From the NCBI RefSeq assembly GCF_006345805.1, contig NC_043015.1:18476001-18540000 (forward strand): DNA of 64,000 nt. Reading direction: 5' to 3'. The notes below the pieces were generated by a model. It did no database searches. It worked only from the letters and a program-made list of their open reading frames with translations, and was not told where the DNA came from. Below, piece after piece: positions 24,265 through 37,625 of this stretch; position 1 is the stretch's first letter; each line of letters opens with the position of its first letter. This DNA comes from Octopus sinensis. Its lineage: Eukaryota. A program made the position numbers and the translations under genes.

Positions 24265-24527
24265 ATGTGTGTGTGTATGTGTGTGTGTTTGTATGTGTGT
24301 GTTTGTATGTGTGTGTGTGTATGTGTGTGTGTGTGTTTGTGTTTGTCCCTTCACCATCGCTTGGCAACCGATGCTGGTGTGTTTATGTCTCCGTAAATTA
24401 GCGGTTCGACAAAAGAGACCGATAAAATAAGTACTAGGCTTACAAGGAATAGGCCCCGGGATTGATCTGTTCGACTAAATGCGGTGGTCCAGCATGGCCA
24501 CAGTCAAATGACTGAAAGAAGTAAAAG
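24034..24527 (+). mobile_element. SINE family B, full length with expanded internal (TA)n/(TG)n
   Basis: Runs from the ggcgcaggagtggctgtgtagtaag head and gggttcagtccc B-box region through to cagtcaaatgactgaaagaagtaaaag. Confidence 0.9.
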
Positions 24528-25239
24528 CGTAATTTCATATTTTTTGACAATTTGAAATCTACATAGCAAAAAACCCAAAGCATAACGTCAAAAAGATTAC
24601 ATTTATCTACAAATATTGATGACGTCGCTGGATATCTAAAAAGCAAAAACTACAGACAAGAATTCTACGGTATGCTTGATAGATAACTAAAGAAAAAAAA
24701 CGTTACAAATACTTTACGTCGCAATAATTAATTACCTATTTATATATTTAATATAATAAACCCTTCTACAGGAATTAACCGTATTATATAATAGCTGAAA
24801 AATAATTTATTCAACAACATATACATGCCTATTTATTCGTTATAATAAACTCTTATATAGGAATTAACCTTATATAACAATTGAAAAATTATTATAATTA
24901 ATAATATATACAATTATTAATGACTACGCTGGATAACTAAAGAATAAAAATAACAGATAATTAAATACGTATTTATTTATTATATTATATTCTTTTATAG
25001 GAATTAAGATTATTATATAATAATTGAAAAATTATTATAGTTTATAATATATACAATCCTGATGATCTCGGTGGATACTTAATGAATAAAAATTATAGAT
25101 AAGAATTGTACATTATGCTTCATCAAAGCTTAGATACTTTACATCGCTATAATTAATTACTCAATATATTAAACACTTTAATGTGAATTATCCTTATTAT
25201 AGAATAGTTAATTTTTAAATTATCATAATTAATAATTGA

Positions 25240-26300
25240 AATATTTGAATGTCTTTCTAAATTCAGAGTATCATCTTAAAGTTAAGTGCTCATTAAAACT
25301 CAATAAAATTAATTTAGAAGTAATTATAAGATATAATTCTTCGAGGCAAAGTTCACAAGTAGAATTACCAATATTGTACAATGGTGCATAACTAATAATG
25401 AACCAGTTCTATATTTAAGAGATGAGGAATTATGTACATTATTCACATTATTTACAATTGACGGATATATGCCCACGAGCATATGGCGTAGTAGTTTAAT
25501 GAACCACTTTAAATAGTATTTGATATTCTTATCCTTTAAAGTCCAAATCCATTTACCAAGATTAGTAGAATTACATTTTCGTCTATATTTAAAGGAATTA
25601 GAATGATTATAAAATCTAGATTTCAAACTAGTAGCAGAAGAACCAATATACCAATACTTACGATGTCTAGTTATTTCTTCACACTGATATACTATATTCT
25701 TTAAACACTGACTTGCTAAAGGACACAATTACACATGGATTTGTACACGTGTAAACTGCCCTCATAATTATAAGAATTTTACCAGTACCGGTCTGTAAGG
25801 TTGTTATGGTTGGATTATAATTATTTTTTATCATTACAACTATTAGGAATAGAATGGAAAAGACTAGCCATATTATCAGCGTTTTGATCAATTATAGAAT
25901 CTAAATCTTGTTCCGAATGATTATCAATAACGTTAATTTCACTATACATATTATCAGTTCTACAATTATTTATAGATTCAGAATTTAGATATTCTCTAAT
26001 TCTCTGTTTATTTTGTGCTGCAATAATCTTAGCTGAATTTCCGGTTGTTGAATATGAGAACATAACACTATGTCTTTTAAATAATTTCTCATATTTACTT
26101 GAAGGTGGGAAATACTTATCTAGTGCTGCCAAAATTTTACGAGGGATATCAGAAGCTATTGAATATGAAAATGGAGCCTTATACCATATAATATTTGTTG
26201 ATATATTCTTATTATTTTTATAAACGTTTTTCTCTGCAGATTTCAAATTGCCAAAAAACATGGAATTAGTATGATATTTTATATATTTTTTTATAAAGTA
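25240..26300 (-). mobile_element. Degenerate PLE (Neptune/Nematis-like C-terminal region and GIY-YIG)
   Basis: IIWYKAPFSYSIASDIPRKILAALDKYFP...FKRHSVMFSYS; CPLASQCLKNIVYQC...YIGSSATSLKSRFYNHSNSF...TCELCLEELYLI. A decayed RT-like segment may extend to ~26650. Confidence 0.8.
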
Positions 26301-26880
26301 AATTATTCAATGACATCACTAGTAAATTTATTGTGTCTTCATTGAATCGACTGTAAACGGCGTGTAAACTTCTTAAATCGCTTTTAGCCATTGATATCAT
26401 CAGCGAAATAAGCACTACTTGTATGCCCAAGTAGATTCAGTGTAAAGGAGACGTCGTAAAAATTAGTAAGGTCAATTGCTGTTGGAAATTGAAAGTATTT
26501 CTAATCTCACGGAAATTCGACTTACTACTATTTCAAGAACTCTCATTTGGATAAAATTTAATCCATGCAGACTCAAATAAGTTTCCTCCGATTCCCGACT
26601 TCACTCTGGAATTCATATAAACTGGGTTAGTATGAATTACATCAGTGAAACAATCAAAGTAATTGTCCCAAGGAATTTGTATCACATGTATTAATAATAT
26701 CATAACACGTGTATCACATGTATTAGTAATATCATAACACTGGAATCCTATTTTTGAATAATAAACGCTTTATCATCATTATTTTAAGATGATTCATGCA
26801 GTTTCATGATATTATACATAATTATATCTGTGTACGCACATCATTATATACAGAAAGATGAACGATGGTCACGAGTGAGC

Positions 26881-26914
<34 letters not shown>

Positions 26915-27029
26915 AAATAGAAAAGGAGAGAAAGAGAGAGAAAACAGTGAAAGGGAGAAAAAAGAATTAGAGAAAAGATAAGAGAGAAAACAAAACGGGG
27001 AGAGAGAACAGTAAAGAGTAGAGTCACAT

Positions 27030-27060
<31 letters not shown>

Positions 27061-27117
27061 GGAGGCGCAATGGCCTAGTGGTTAGGGCAGCGGACTCGCG
27101 GACTCGCGGTTTCGATA
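27061..27117 (+). mobile_element. Truncated tRNA-derived SINE head
   Basis: ggaggcgcaatggcctagtggttagggcagcggactcgcg contains an A-box and is truncated at the B-box. Confidence 0.6.
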
Positions 27118-28189
27118 TATATATCGATATATATATATAAATTATAAAAATTATAAAATTCGGGGGAAACCTTACATTGAATAAAATACATATTGACCTT
27201 AATGAAGGAAATATAATTAATACATGGAAATTGAAATGCATTAAAAATATTACACGGCAATACATATTCATATTAAAGTATACATATATATCAACATACA
27301 CAGATAGATGCGTGAAAACCACATACATTACAGACGTATAAATATAAAGCTAAAATATACACACAAATGCATGTATACATATGTATACGCAATCTAGTTC
27401 GCACGCAAGCTAAAGTCATGGATGGGGAAGTGGCGTTCTTATTTACGAAGCAAAGTTTAAGACATGAGTAAGGGAGGGGGACGTAAAGTTGCATGACTCT
27501 ATACAAGTATCGTATAGGTAGAGAAAAAAACGAAAGAAAGGAAGAGAGGGAAAAAAGAAAAAGGGGGAAGGAAAAAAAGAAGAAAAAAAAGAAGAAAAAA
27601 GGAGGGTTGGGGAAAAACGAAATAAGAAAAAATATGTATACAAGCTGTGTAACCACGTATATTGACACATATATATAGAGACAAGTACACAAACACACAA
27701 GTTCAAGTGGATACATACACATACAGTCGTGTATGTGTGTGCTTAAGCTCAAACATACGCTCACTTACACATACACAGAGACGTATGCTTACAAATACAT
27801 ATTCGTGGCTGTACGCATATTTACATCAAAATTCTAATTTTTGACAACATTGCTTTTAAAAAAATGGTGAGTGTAATAATGAAAATTATACGAAAGACAT
27901 GTAAAATATAACACCCTATTTCGGATCATCTATAAATTAAAAATCAAACTAAGGCTATACAATATAATAACATGAAATAAACTAAGCCGAAGGTTTTTCC
28001 TAAGGAATATGTAGAAATATAAACAAAATAAACAAAATATATGCATGAGACTTTGCTATACGGAATGAAATCTGCATAGTGCGAAACAAATCCATCGTTG
28101 CGTTTACATACTAGTCCAAGAATCAAAATCAAAATTTCAAAAATCAAAAATACAAGAAGACAAAATATATACTCTATCCATATGGTATA

Positions 28190-29281
28190 TTTATGTTTGA
28201 CATTTTAAATTTGGTTGCGTGCCTGCATAAGTTCATCTACTCACTTCTTTGATTCAAAGAATTATTGTCTTTGAATAAAATATAAAGTTTCTCTAACAGG
28301 CAAAGATTGTATTTAAAATTATTCTTGTGTGCTCCATGCCTGTATGGTGCCGCTCTGTCCAGAATACTCCATGTCACGTTGAAAGGTGGGGTTTCCTTTT
28401 CTTTTAGTTCCCAGACATATTTTGCCAAGCTGGTCCTCTTCCTATTTTCTGGGTATCTAAATGAATTTTTATGCGAATAAAATCGCGTTTTAAACGAATT
28501 TTCTGAAGCCCCTGTATATGTCTTGTATTCCGATGAGCCTTCTATTTGTACCTTGGCTCTATAAACTACCCCTTTTACTAGACATTTCCCTTCCAACGGA
28601 CAGGAGGATTCATTTTTGAAATTGCATTTCTTAATGGACTCGGCACCATGTTTAATCTCAATTAGATTCCTATTATGCTGGCTAATGTAAGAGGCGAAAT
28701 TTCTGCAACAAGAATAGCTAACCTTCAGGGTTCTTCTATTAAATATCCTATAGAATTTATGGTTCTGCTTAAAATGCCTAGAGACTAATTTCAAAAATTC
28801 CTTACCTATATTAGTCTTTACGGCCAAATTGAAATCCGGGTTGAACCACAAAACTTTCCTGGTCCTAGTTCTTCGCGCAGCATTATTATCAGCATTAAGC
28901 TGGTTGTATTGGATCTTCTCAGAGAATCCACTATTCCTTAATGCGCTATCGTAATAAGGTGCAGCATTATGAAATGCTGCCTCGTCCGAAGAAATTGAAG
29001 ATATTCTTCTACCTACATTGCTTAATGTGGCCATGAATCAGATAGACTTAGGAAGGACCTTATTGCTTTCTTTCAAAGGATGGGCTTACGGGTTACAATG
29101 GATACTAACCTGAATAGTGTAGATTTTTTTAGACGTAAATTTTAATGTAAGGTCGGATAGATTTAAACCTTACCGTAAGCCCAATGAAAAGCTATCGTAT
29201 ATTAGCAAAGATTCGAACCATCCGCCAGTTATCCTTAGGAACTTAGTCAGCAACGTAGGTAGAAGAATATCTTCAATTTCT
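28190..29281 (-). mobile_element. 5'-truncated PLE with GIY-YIG and an inverted 5' RT segment
   Basis: ORF 28237-29034 has WFNP..N..VKTNIGKEFL and GVVYRAKV...YTGASENSFKTRFYSHK...CLLEK. Plus strand 29036-29281 encodes the upstream RT part (VDFLDVNFN...KPYRKPN...SNHPPVI...GRRISSIS). Confidence 0.9.
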
Positions 29282-30070
29282 TATATGTATGTAATATAAT
29301 TTTTCTGAATCTTCAGATTTTTCTATATGCTAGACCACTGGTTTTAAATTGATATTAATCAAATTAATATTCAATTTTTCACCCTTATTTTAAATAAATA
29401 AATGTATATATATATGAGTGTGTATATGTGCGTGTGCGTATACGACGGTGTGTTTGTGTGTGTGTGTGTGTGTGTGTATGTACGAGCATGTATTTGTACG
29501 TATGGGCATGTTCTTAAAGGTCAGCCAAGAACAATCGCAAGTGTAAGCAGCCATAAAGAACAAATCAACAGTGCTAGGAAATCAAATGCCATTCCCTTAA
29601 AACGACAATCACTTTAACAGTAGTAAAATCACCATCTCACTACATCCCCACATGCAAAGCAGTGTGCCAACGGAATCTCAGCCATAACATATCTCTTGAT
29701 ACTCTCAGTGGCTACTACTAACTCCAGGCTACGACAGACGTATAGGATGCTTTTGAAGCCGAGAATTTGAAATTACGGAGATAATATTTATCTATTGCAT
29801 GAGGAAACACAACTTGATCTCATAATGCAGGGAAACAGTTGCATAATCAAGTACCCGCAAACCTGGAGAACTACGTTGTGTAGAAACAATTGTTGTAATT
29901 GCAAATAAATGTCCAACCGTACCCCTTCTTGTTGACTCCAACTTTGGCAATTATACGTATATGTGTATATATACACATATATACATAGCCTTGTAATGTT
30001 TGTGAGAGTGCCCACACATACACACGCACACACACACACACACACACACATATGTATATATATAAAGAGT

Positions 30071-30103
<33 letters not shown>

Positions 30104-31769
30104 GTAGAGATAGGGAAAGACAAATACAGGTATGTCAAAAACCATTCTTGATTTATTAAAACTCTCCACATCTAGAGGATATATTATGATAACCAAACGG
30201 CAATTAAGACCAGCTCCACCTCGAGATAATCTCAAGTCTCAAGATTTCTCCATTACTGACATGCCATTAAGGAAATGGACAGGCTTACTGTCTGGAGAAA
30301 TGAGGGCAGTTGGGGACATATGTCTCTGACTCAATAACCTTTATCAGGGTGACAATTGTCCTTATCTCCAGTAGCCAAAGGACTTAGACATATCACAAAG
30401 AGTAGACTATGTTTGTGCATTAGTACGTTGGGTAATTTAAACAAAATTGAGCTAAGAGAAATAACTCAAAGTGGGTAGCATATGTATGCATGTATGTATG
30501 TATATATGTATGTATGTATGCATGTATGTATGTATGTATGCTTGTATGTATGTATGTATATTCAAATATACCACATATGCATACGCACACTCACAAACAG
30601 TATAAGATTATTAATCCACATCAGCTACTTCTCTTCCATACATGATATTCGCCGTATATTTAACTTGATATTACTGGAATCTACTTGAATTTGGTTTGTC
30701 ATGTCAATTTTGAGGAGGATTCTGTGAACTAAGTGCTATTAGTGAGATTTATGTCTTTGCTATAAGAACTAGTTTTAAGAGAAATTCCATGTTTATCTTT
30801 TCTTATAGCATTCTGTTTATTGTTTTATAAATAACTTTTATCCATTAGTAATAATTATATCGCGACTATTAGGAATATTTCAAATTACTAAATTATCAAG
30901 AGTTGCAGTTCATCAAAGCAATAGGATGTCGAACAGTTGACTGACGGCTCGAGCGTTTATATCCCATCTCAAAATCTGCGACCGAGGCATTCAAGTCTCA
31001 GTAATTCAGTCTATCAGCTGTAAAAAGTTACCAATTGCAATATCAATGTAGTTCTTACTTCTTCACGCCGGATGAATAGGCGCAATTAGTGAAAAACAAT
31101 GAGTTACAATCTACCAGGTCATTCATGCCAACAAGTAACCGCTAAATTCGATATTTTACACAGACTCACTGCTTTAAGCAGCAAGAATACTGTATAATGA
31201 ACGAGGGTTTCGTTAAGTTCTTAAAATATGGTGAAGTTCTCAAAGTCTGGCCCATAACAGACGGAAACTTATTGTAGTTTTCTCAAAATGTTCATTTTGT
31301 CAGTCATATCACTGAGGTATATATGAATAAGTTTTGTATCTTAATTTCATCATTATTTCAAAATGATCAATTCAATCTTATGATGGTTTGCATATTTATA
31401 TGCGTGCGCACACAAAAGAAAGTGTTTAAAAAGTTCTTTTGTCATATATATATATTCCTTTCATGGTTCATTTAGCTTTATATTTTTGTACATGTAGCTA
31501 CATATAGTTTATGTCGTTAGATATAGCTATATATTATATAGTTATGTTTTAGTGTAGGGAACGACATATAATTTATGCAACTTAATTATATATTTTGATT
31601 AATGTTGCAATATGTTTTGCATCTGTAGCTCTCTCTCTTTCTCTCTTTCTCTTTCTCCTTATATATATATATATATATATATTTCTAAATATCTCAGAGA
31701 GATATAAGCAGTAGTGGTACGATAGAGTAGTTGTATACTGTCAACTTAATGTGCCAGTCCCATGAAGGA

Positions 31770-32002
31770 AATCACACCACTGCTATTTAGCCTTAGGAAG
31801 CATCAACGCTTCCTGTCGGCGTTGACACATTTCCTGTGTCCTTAAGTTTACAAGGGGGAGACAAGCACCTCCACCCAGCTAAGTCTGCCTCCAGAGACTA
31901 GTTTCTGAGTCTTTGCTCGTCATCAGTGTGGAGTAGCATGGCCTTGTCAAGGCCGACAGGAAGCGTTGATGCTTCCTAGGACTAAATAGCAGAGGTATAA
32001 TT
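31770..32002 (-). mobile_element. Mini element: ~58-bp inverted repeats flanking a hammerhead motif
   Basis: 31770-31827 (ctgctatttagccttaggaagcatcaacgcttcctgtcggcgttgaca) is inverted at 31945-32002. Confidence 0.75.
31891..31931 (-). ncRNA. Minimal type-I hammerhead ribozyme motif, core intact
   Basis: Reverse complement reads CCACA-CTGATGA-CGAG caaaga CTCA-GAA-ACTAGT-C-TCTGG. Helix III is the palindrome ACTAGT with a GUC triplet. There is one mismatch each in stems I and II. Confidence 0.7.
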
Positions 32003-33375
32003 ATGTAGCTATATGTATTCTAGTTTTTAAGTTCTTAAACTAAACGGAAGGGATTAACTCATGATTAATCATCTAACATGCATTCATGCATTCCATTTTG
32101 GTGCAAGGATTAAGAGAAGCAGTGTATGTTTCAACAAGTGTGTTAGAACATTGCACTGAATCTAAATTTTCATGAAGTGTGTCTCTTCATTGGTAGTACA
32201 CTCACACTTTAGTGTTTCATTTCAACTATTTCTGTGGCTACCGTTTCAATTTGTACTTGTTATAAATTTATCTTTCATTACCTTTTATCATGAGCTCTTA
32301 CTCGTCTGCCGTATTTTCTAAGTTTACAAATAAGCAGAGTACCCTTACAGATATCTTCAACGAGGACTATTGGCAAGTTATGATACTATATATTGGAGTT
32401 TTCTTGTAAGAAGAATTGACGCAACAATATGAAGTGCTAAATTATTGACGTTTATCAGTCAATTCACTAGGTTTATGAAGTGTATGCTTCGCAGTAAATA
32501 TTATGTCAAATGAGGTCTTTTTTGAGTATTAGAATGTTGTTTAGGACTCTCTAACCTTGATACGAAAATGATAGGTACAACTCCAGTCTGAGCTTATTTT
32601 TGAGCTTATAGCAATGACTTTCTTTGTGTGTACGTGTGCGTGTGTGTCCGTGTGTATGAGTGTGTGTGGATAAAATTACTCAAAATTGCTTTTTGTTTTT
32701 TTGTTGCTTAAATATAAGTTCAGTACCTTTGTCTTTCTATATAAGCTGATTTTCAATAGACATTAATAATCTGGGGACTTACTACCACTAGAAGTTTATT
32801 TCCAATCGTCACATATTTTGAAATTACATTTTCTGTAAATTTATGATAACGCTTAAAATATCTCAAATGAAAGAGGAAGAAATGAGCTGCCGTTCTAGGT
32901 TTTCATCACAAAAATTATCCATTTCTTTATAAATATTCTTGACAATATTAGCTCAGTACTTTGACCTGCATCACTCACACTAACCTAGTTTCATTGTGCT
33001 TTATTGTATAGGATTTTAGCTGACAAAGACAGTCATTAATCTTCTTATTCTAAAGATTATATTAATTTTTTCGTTAGTGTTTGGTGTCTTCCACTTAACA
33101 TTGTATAGGAATATACTTATTTACTTGAGATTCTAAAAATATTCATTATTAGTGGTTTGCTTATCTGAAAATTTTGACGAACTTTTCATTTGACTTTCAT
33201 TTGAAAATGAAAATAAATGAAAATTAATACTTTTCAAATTTATAAATGGTCGAACTCAATCATTTTCTGTATTTTTAAAAATTAAATTTTATATCGAGCA
33301 TTAATATATTATCTTTCATCTGTGCATATACACACATAAATATATTGTTCTGGGAGTGTGTTTATGTCAGATGCT

Positions 33376-33380
<5 letters not shown>

Positions 33381-33428
<48 letters not shown>

Positions 33429-33505
33429 GAGAGAGAGGAGAGAGAGACAGAGAGAGAGACAGAGAGAGAAAGAAAGAGGGAGGGAGAGAGAGGGAACTGA
33501 GAGGA
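33381..33505. repeat. (GA)n purine microsatellite
   Basis: Visible directly in the sequence. Confidence 0.95.
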
Positions 33506-33748
33506 GAAAAGTTTCATGTGGAAACTAAATTAATATTATTTATTTGTATTATAACTACAACTGCTTTCATATCTCACAATTCCAAACACATTTGAAACTG
33601 TCTGTAACAATTTGAAATGAATTTCTTGAAATAGAAAATAACTGAAGCATAACGAAGCAGATACACAGTGCAATAATAATGTTTACACAATGTAGAACAA
33701 TAATAAAAGTACACAAATAAATAATGCATATCAATAATATAAATGTAT

Positions 33749-33965
33749 AAGATGGCGAGGTGGCAGAACCGTTAGCACGCCGAGCAAGTTGCTTAACAGC
33801 ATTTTGTCCGTCTTTACGTTCTGAGTTAAAATTTCGTCATGGTTGACTTTGCCTTTCATCTCTTTCGAGGTCGATAAAATAAGTGTCAGTTGAGTACTAA
33901 CTTCAATGTAATCGACTTACCCCTTCCTCAAAATTACTGGCTTTTGTGTGAAAGATAGAAGCCAA
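33749..33965 (+). mobile_element. SINE family A
   Basis: aagatggcgaggtggcagaaccgttagcacg...gttctgagttaaaatt...gcctttcatc...gtcgataaaataag. Confidence 0.8.
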
Positions 33966-34000
33966 TTATATAAACGTCTATATGTGTGTGTGTATATGTA

Positions 34001-34068
<68 letters not shown>

Positions 34069-34824
34069 CACACATACAAATATATAGACAAAGAACATGT
34101 TTTACCAACAACAACAACATCACTGTGATGTTGTTGGTAAAACATGTTCCTTGTCTATTTCATTATCCTCTTGGAGATTTTGGGTAAAATTATACTAATG
34201 TATTCTCCAAATTTAATTAAATTCTGTTTTTGTGCAGCTGAAGATTGCTCTACATTTTAGATTGATGTAATGTTTGCATAGTTCAATTAAATGGAGTCGC
34301 ATGAAACGATCGTACTGTATTACCTTTGGATATCCTTGTTGCTTATTTTGATTATATATATATACATATATATATATATATAGTGATTGTTTCTTGTCAG
34401 GAACAAAAAGATTAATAGGACTGCTATAGAAGTGAAATGCTATGCGGATGACCTTGCATTTGTTTGTTCAATAACTTTAGTTTGATATATATATATATAT
34501 AATATATATATATAATTTTTATTGTATTTTTGTATTTATATTCGTGTAACATCGTTTGTTTTTCCATTCTTGTTTTCGTATACGTTCAATGCTTTTTTCC
34601 AAGGAATCTAATACTCTTAGCTTAGTTTTTCCTTGGGAGTGGCCAGATTGGAGCAATCTCTAGATTAATCAGCCGAAATTACGAGCATGATCCGGTTCTT
34701 GACTGAGGATAAAAGCTTCAAATAACCCGTCCTTGTTTTTTTGTATCGTCTATTTGGATGTTTTGTTGTCCCTTTTTGTATCACCTAGTTGTCCGGATGT
34801 TTTGCATTCTTGTCCCATTTTGTA

Positions 34825-34880
<56 letters not shown>

Positions 34881-36327
34881 TATATATAATATATATATAT
34901 ATACATATAGCGGCGTACGTACACTTTGTTCTCTTATATATATATATGTACTTAGACAGTTACAGGAGTAAATATGCAAAGATAGCAGGTATTTTATAAT
35001 AGGTTTAGTGTTTGTGATGATTTCGAATCAAAACGCCACTTTATGTGTATAGTTTGTAAGAAATCGGTAGTTCTGCGAATGATATATAAGTTTAAAGTGT
35101 TGTCTTTGGCATTAATAAATGACATGTTTAGAATCACGAGAGTCCATAGGACTTCTTTTTAATTGCGGATTCCGTTGATTAGAGTGGATATAAGATAACA
35201 TTCTCCAATCCAGATAAAGTGATGATTGCAGAATTAAAAATGTTGGTCTGGGACATAGTGAACCACATGATTACCAGATCATTTTTATTTTACACTATAA
35301 AAAAATAGAAGTGCTTAAAAAGCAAATCAAAAGAAAAACATTCTTATCGACGAAAAAGAATAAAGAAATATATTTTTAAAATGTTGTAAATTTAAGTTTT
35401 TGAAACTCTCTCCACACCCAAAACTAAAAATTAGAAATAAAAAAGTTCCACATTTTGTTTTACAAGTGTATCTGCAAATAAATGACCAATGTAAAACAGT
35501 GAAATATTTGAATTTGTTCAGTATCTGTTGCTAAGAATATTATTAGATCTTCATGATGTTTGACGTGACATAATTAACAAAGCTAGTTGAGTTAAAAGAA
35601 GCGTGGGCAGGCCAAAGTACTTAATAATATCCTTTCTAAACACACTTCATACTGAGCAATGAAACTAAACCATTACTGAACCGGAAGCTTTGCTGGTTGC
35701 TCGGAGAAATACTATGTTTGAACTTAAAGCGATTTTGACAACCTAGCAGAACACTCTTGTCAGTTTTCTGGTAAATAGCCTGTGTACAAATTTCCGATGT
35801 AAGTGCTTCACTTACTTATTCTCAGTATCTGTGTTATAAATTCAAGGATATAATAAAGAACAACCTATTGCTATGGCAATATAATCAAGATGTTAAATGT
35901 TACAAAAACAACCGCAGACGTATTATAATTAAAAAAGAGAAATAGACGCAGTGCCATTATTGTTCCTTTATAGAATTCTCAGGCAATTGTAACTTTTGAT
36001 TCAATATCACTTTATTGTTGTATTTGTTTTGCAAAATTTTGGATGCGAAGCATTGACCTTTCCATAGGACATCAATAACTTCAACATATATTTTATTAAA
36101 AAATTATATGCATTAAACTGATTGACAGAAAATGCTGTGTTCGTGGTTTTTGTAGGCTCTCCGAGACTAGTGAGATTGACTCAGTTAGTATTTCTCTGAG
36201 GCCGGGAAGGAATTCTGGAGGATCTGCATTCTAAGAAAGAAAGAAAGGGCCTGTGTGGCTTGGGGTGAACACCAAATAAATGATGAGATATGCGTAAAGC
36301 AGGAGGCCTTGAATGATGATGATGTGC

Positions 36328-36362
<35 letters not shown>

Positions 36363-36554
36363 GGGGGCGAGAAAGAGAGAGAGAGGGGGAGAGAAAGAGA
36401 GAGAGAGAGGGAGAGAGGGGGAGAGAAAGAGAGAGTAGAAGAAAGAGGAGAAAGAGAGACAGTTGAGAACTTGTTTGGAGTATGTTTACGTGTGACTTCC
36501 TTAGCCTATCAGTCAACAGGCCTTTCTTTTAATGCAATATACACTATGTGCACC

Positions 36555-36631
<77 letters not shown>

Positions 36632-37256
36632 ATGACGGTAGTTTTAAAAATGTAAGGTTAATACTTCATTGTGGGTCTTGCCTGAATTTCGTTGAGGGTG
36701 AGTTGTTAAATATTTTATATTTTTCTCGCTCTGAAGTGGAAGTCTAGTTTTTGTGATGTAGTGTTTAGTATGTCGAAGATATGTACTCAATAGTATTGTC
36801 CCTCAGTGATGGGGCGACCCAGAATTTATATGTATATGTACGTGCATACACACATACACACACACACACACACTTGTATGTATGAGCGTGTGTTTTTGAG
36901 TGTGTTTAATAAAAGGAGGCCAACTGGATAGAACATTAATATTTCTGTAGCTTGGAATGAAGATCGAACTAATTAGATTATGCATTGTTAGAACTACTTA
37001 AAAATTCATTTTACTTCCGTTTGAAGATGCCAAATGATAACAGCGCTGTGTTAGTTATTAACATAGAAGCAAGATTGTAATCTTGTTTTTATCTAAATGT
37101 AAAAAAACTCCAAATTACTCTACAAATCGTACTTTGTTCTCTGTTTTGGTTTAACTAGGTTATGCAATCCTTCCAGCTTGCATAAATCAGCTCTACCGTA
37201 GCTAATATGCACAAAAATATATATACATACTTGTACACACACACAAACACGCACAA

Positions 37257-37297
<41 letters not shown>

Positions 37298-37379
37298 CAC
37301 GTACACACACAGACACACATTTTCACGTAAATATCAAACAATACCGCATTCATGGATAAATATTCTATATTCGTGAAAT

Positions 37380-37625
37380 AGATTGGCATATTTCGGTCAT
37401 ATTATGCGGAGAAAATCCCTGGAGAAGGACATCATGCTCGGAATGGTCAGTGGCAAGAGAGGAAGAGGCCGACCAAGAACCCGCTGGCTTGACACCATCA
37501 AGAGTGATACCGGAATGGACATAGCCAATCTGAAAGAAGCGGCCCAGGATAGAACTGACTGGAGGACTCTGATCCAACAAGTAACCGAGACTCGACTTCG
37601 ACTGAGTGGATAGATAAATTCGTGA
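37380..37625 (+). mobile_element. RTE-clade LINE 3' end
   Basis: LAYFGHIMRRKSLEKDIMLGMVSGKRGRGRPRTRWLDTIK...AAQDRTDWR is the characteristic RTE C-terminus. Confidence 0.9.

Noticed and set aside
26375-26415. CTGATGA on the minus strand, and the similar word at 49381-49405
   Set aside because: No stem II or properly placed GAAA/UH, so these are chance words inside TE sequence.
29500-29940. Possible further PLE remnant on the plus strand
   Set aside because: Only vague resemblance, with multiple stops in all frames and no motif I can defend.
30310-30352. Hammerhead-like word on the minus strand (CTGATAA...GAGACATATGTC)
   Set aside because: The palindromic centre is suggestive, but two core positions differ and neither stem I nor stem II pairs.
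34555-35280. Repeat resembling a PLE tail and decayed GIY-YIG
   Set aside because: Probably repetitive, but I could not identify a defensible protein motif or ribozyme core.
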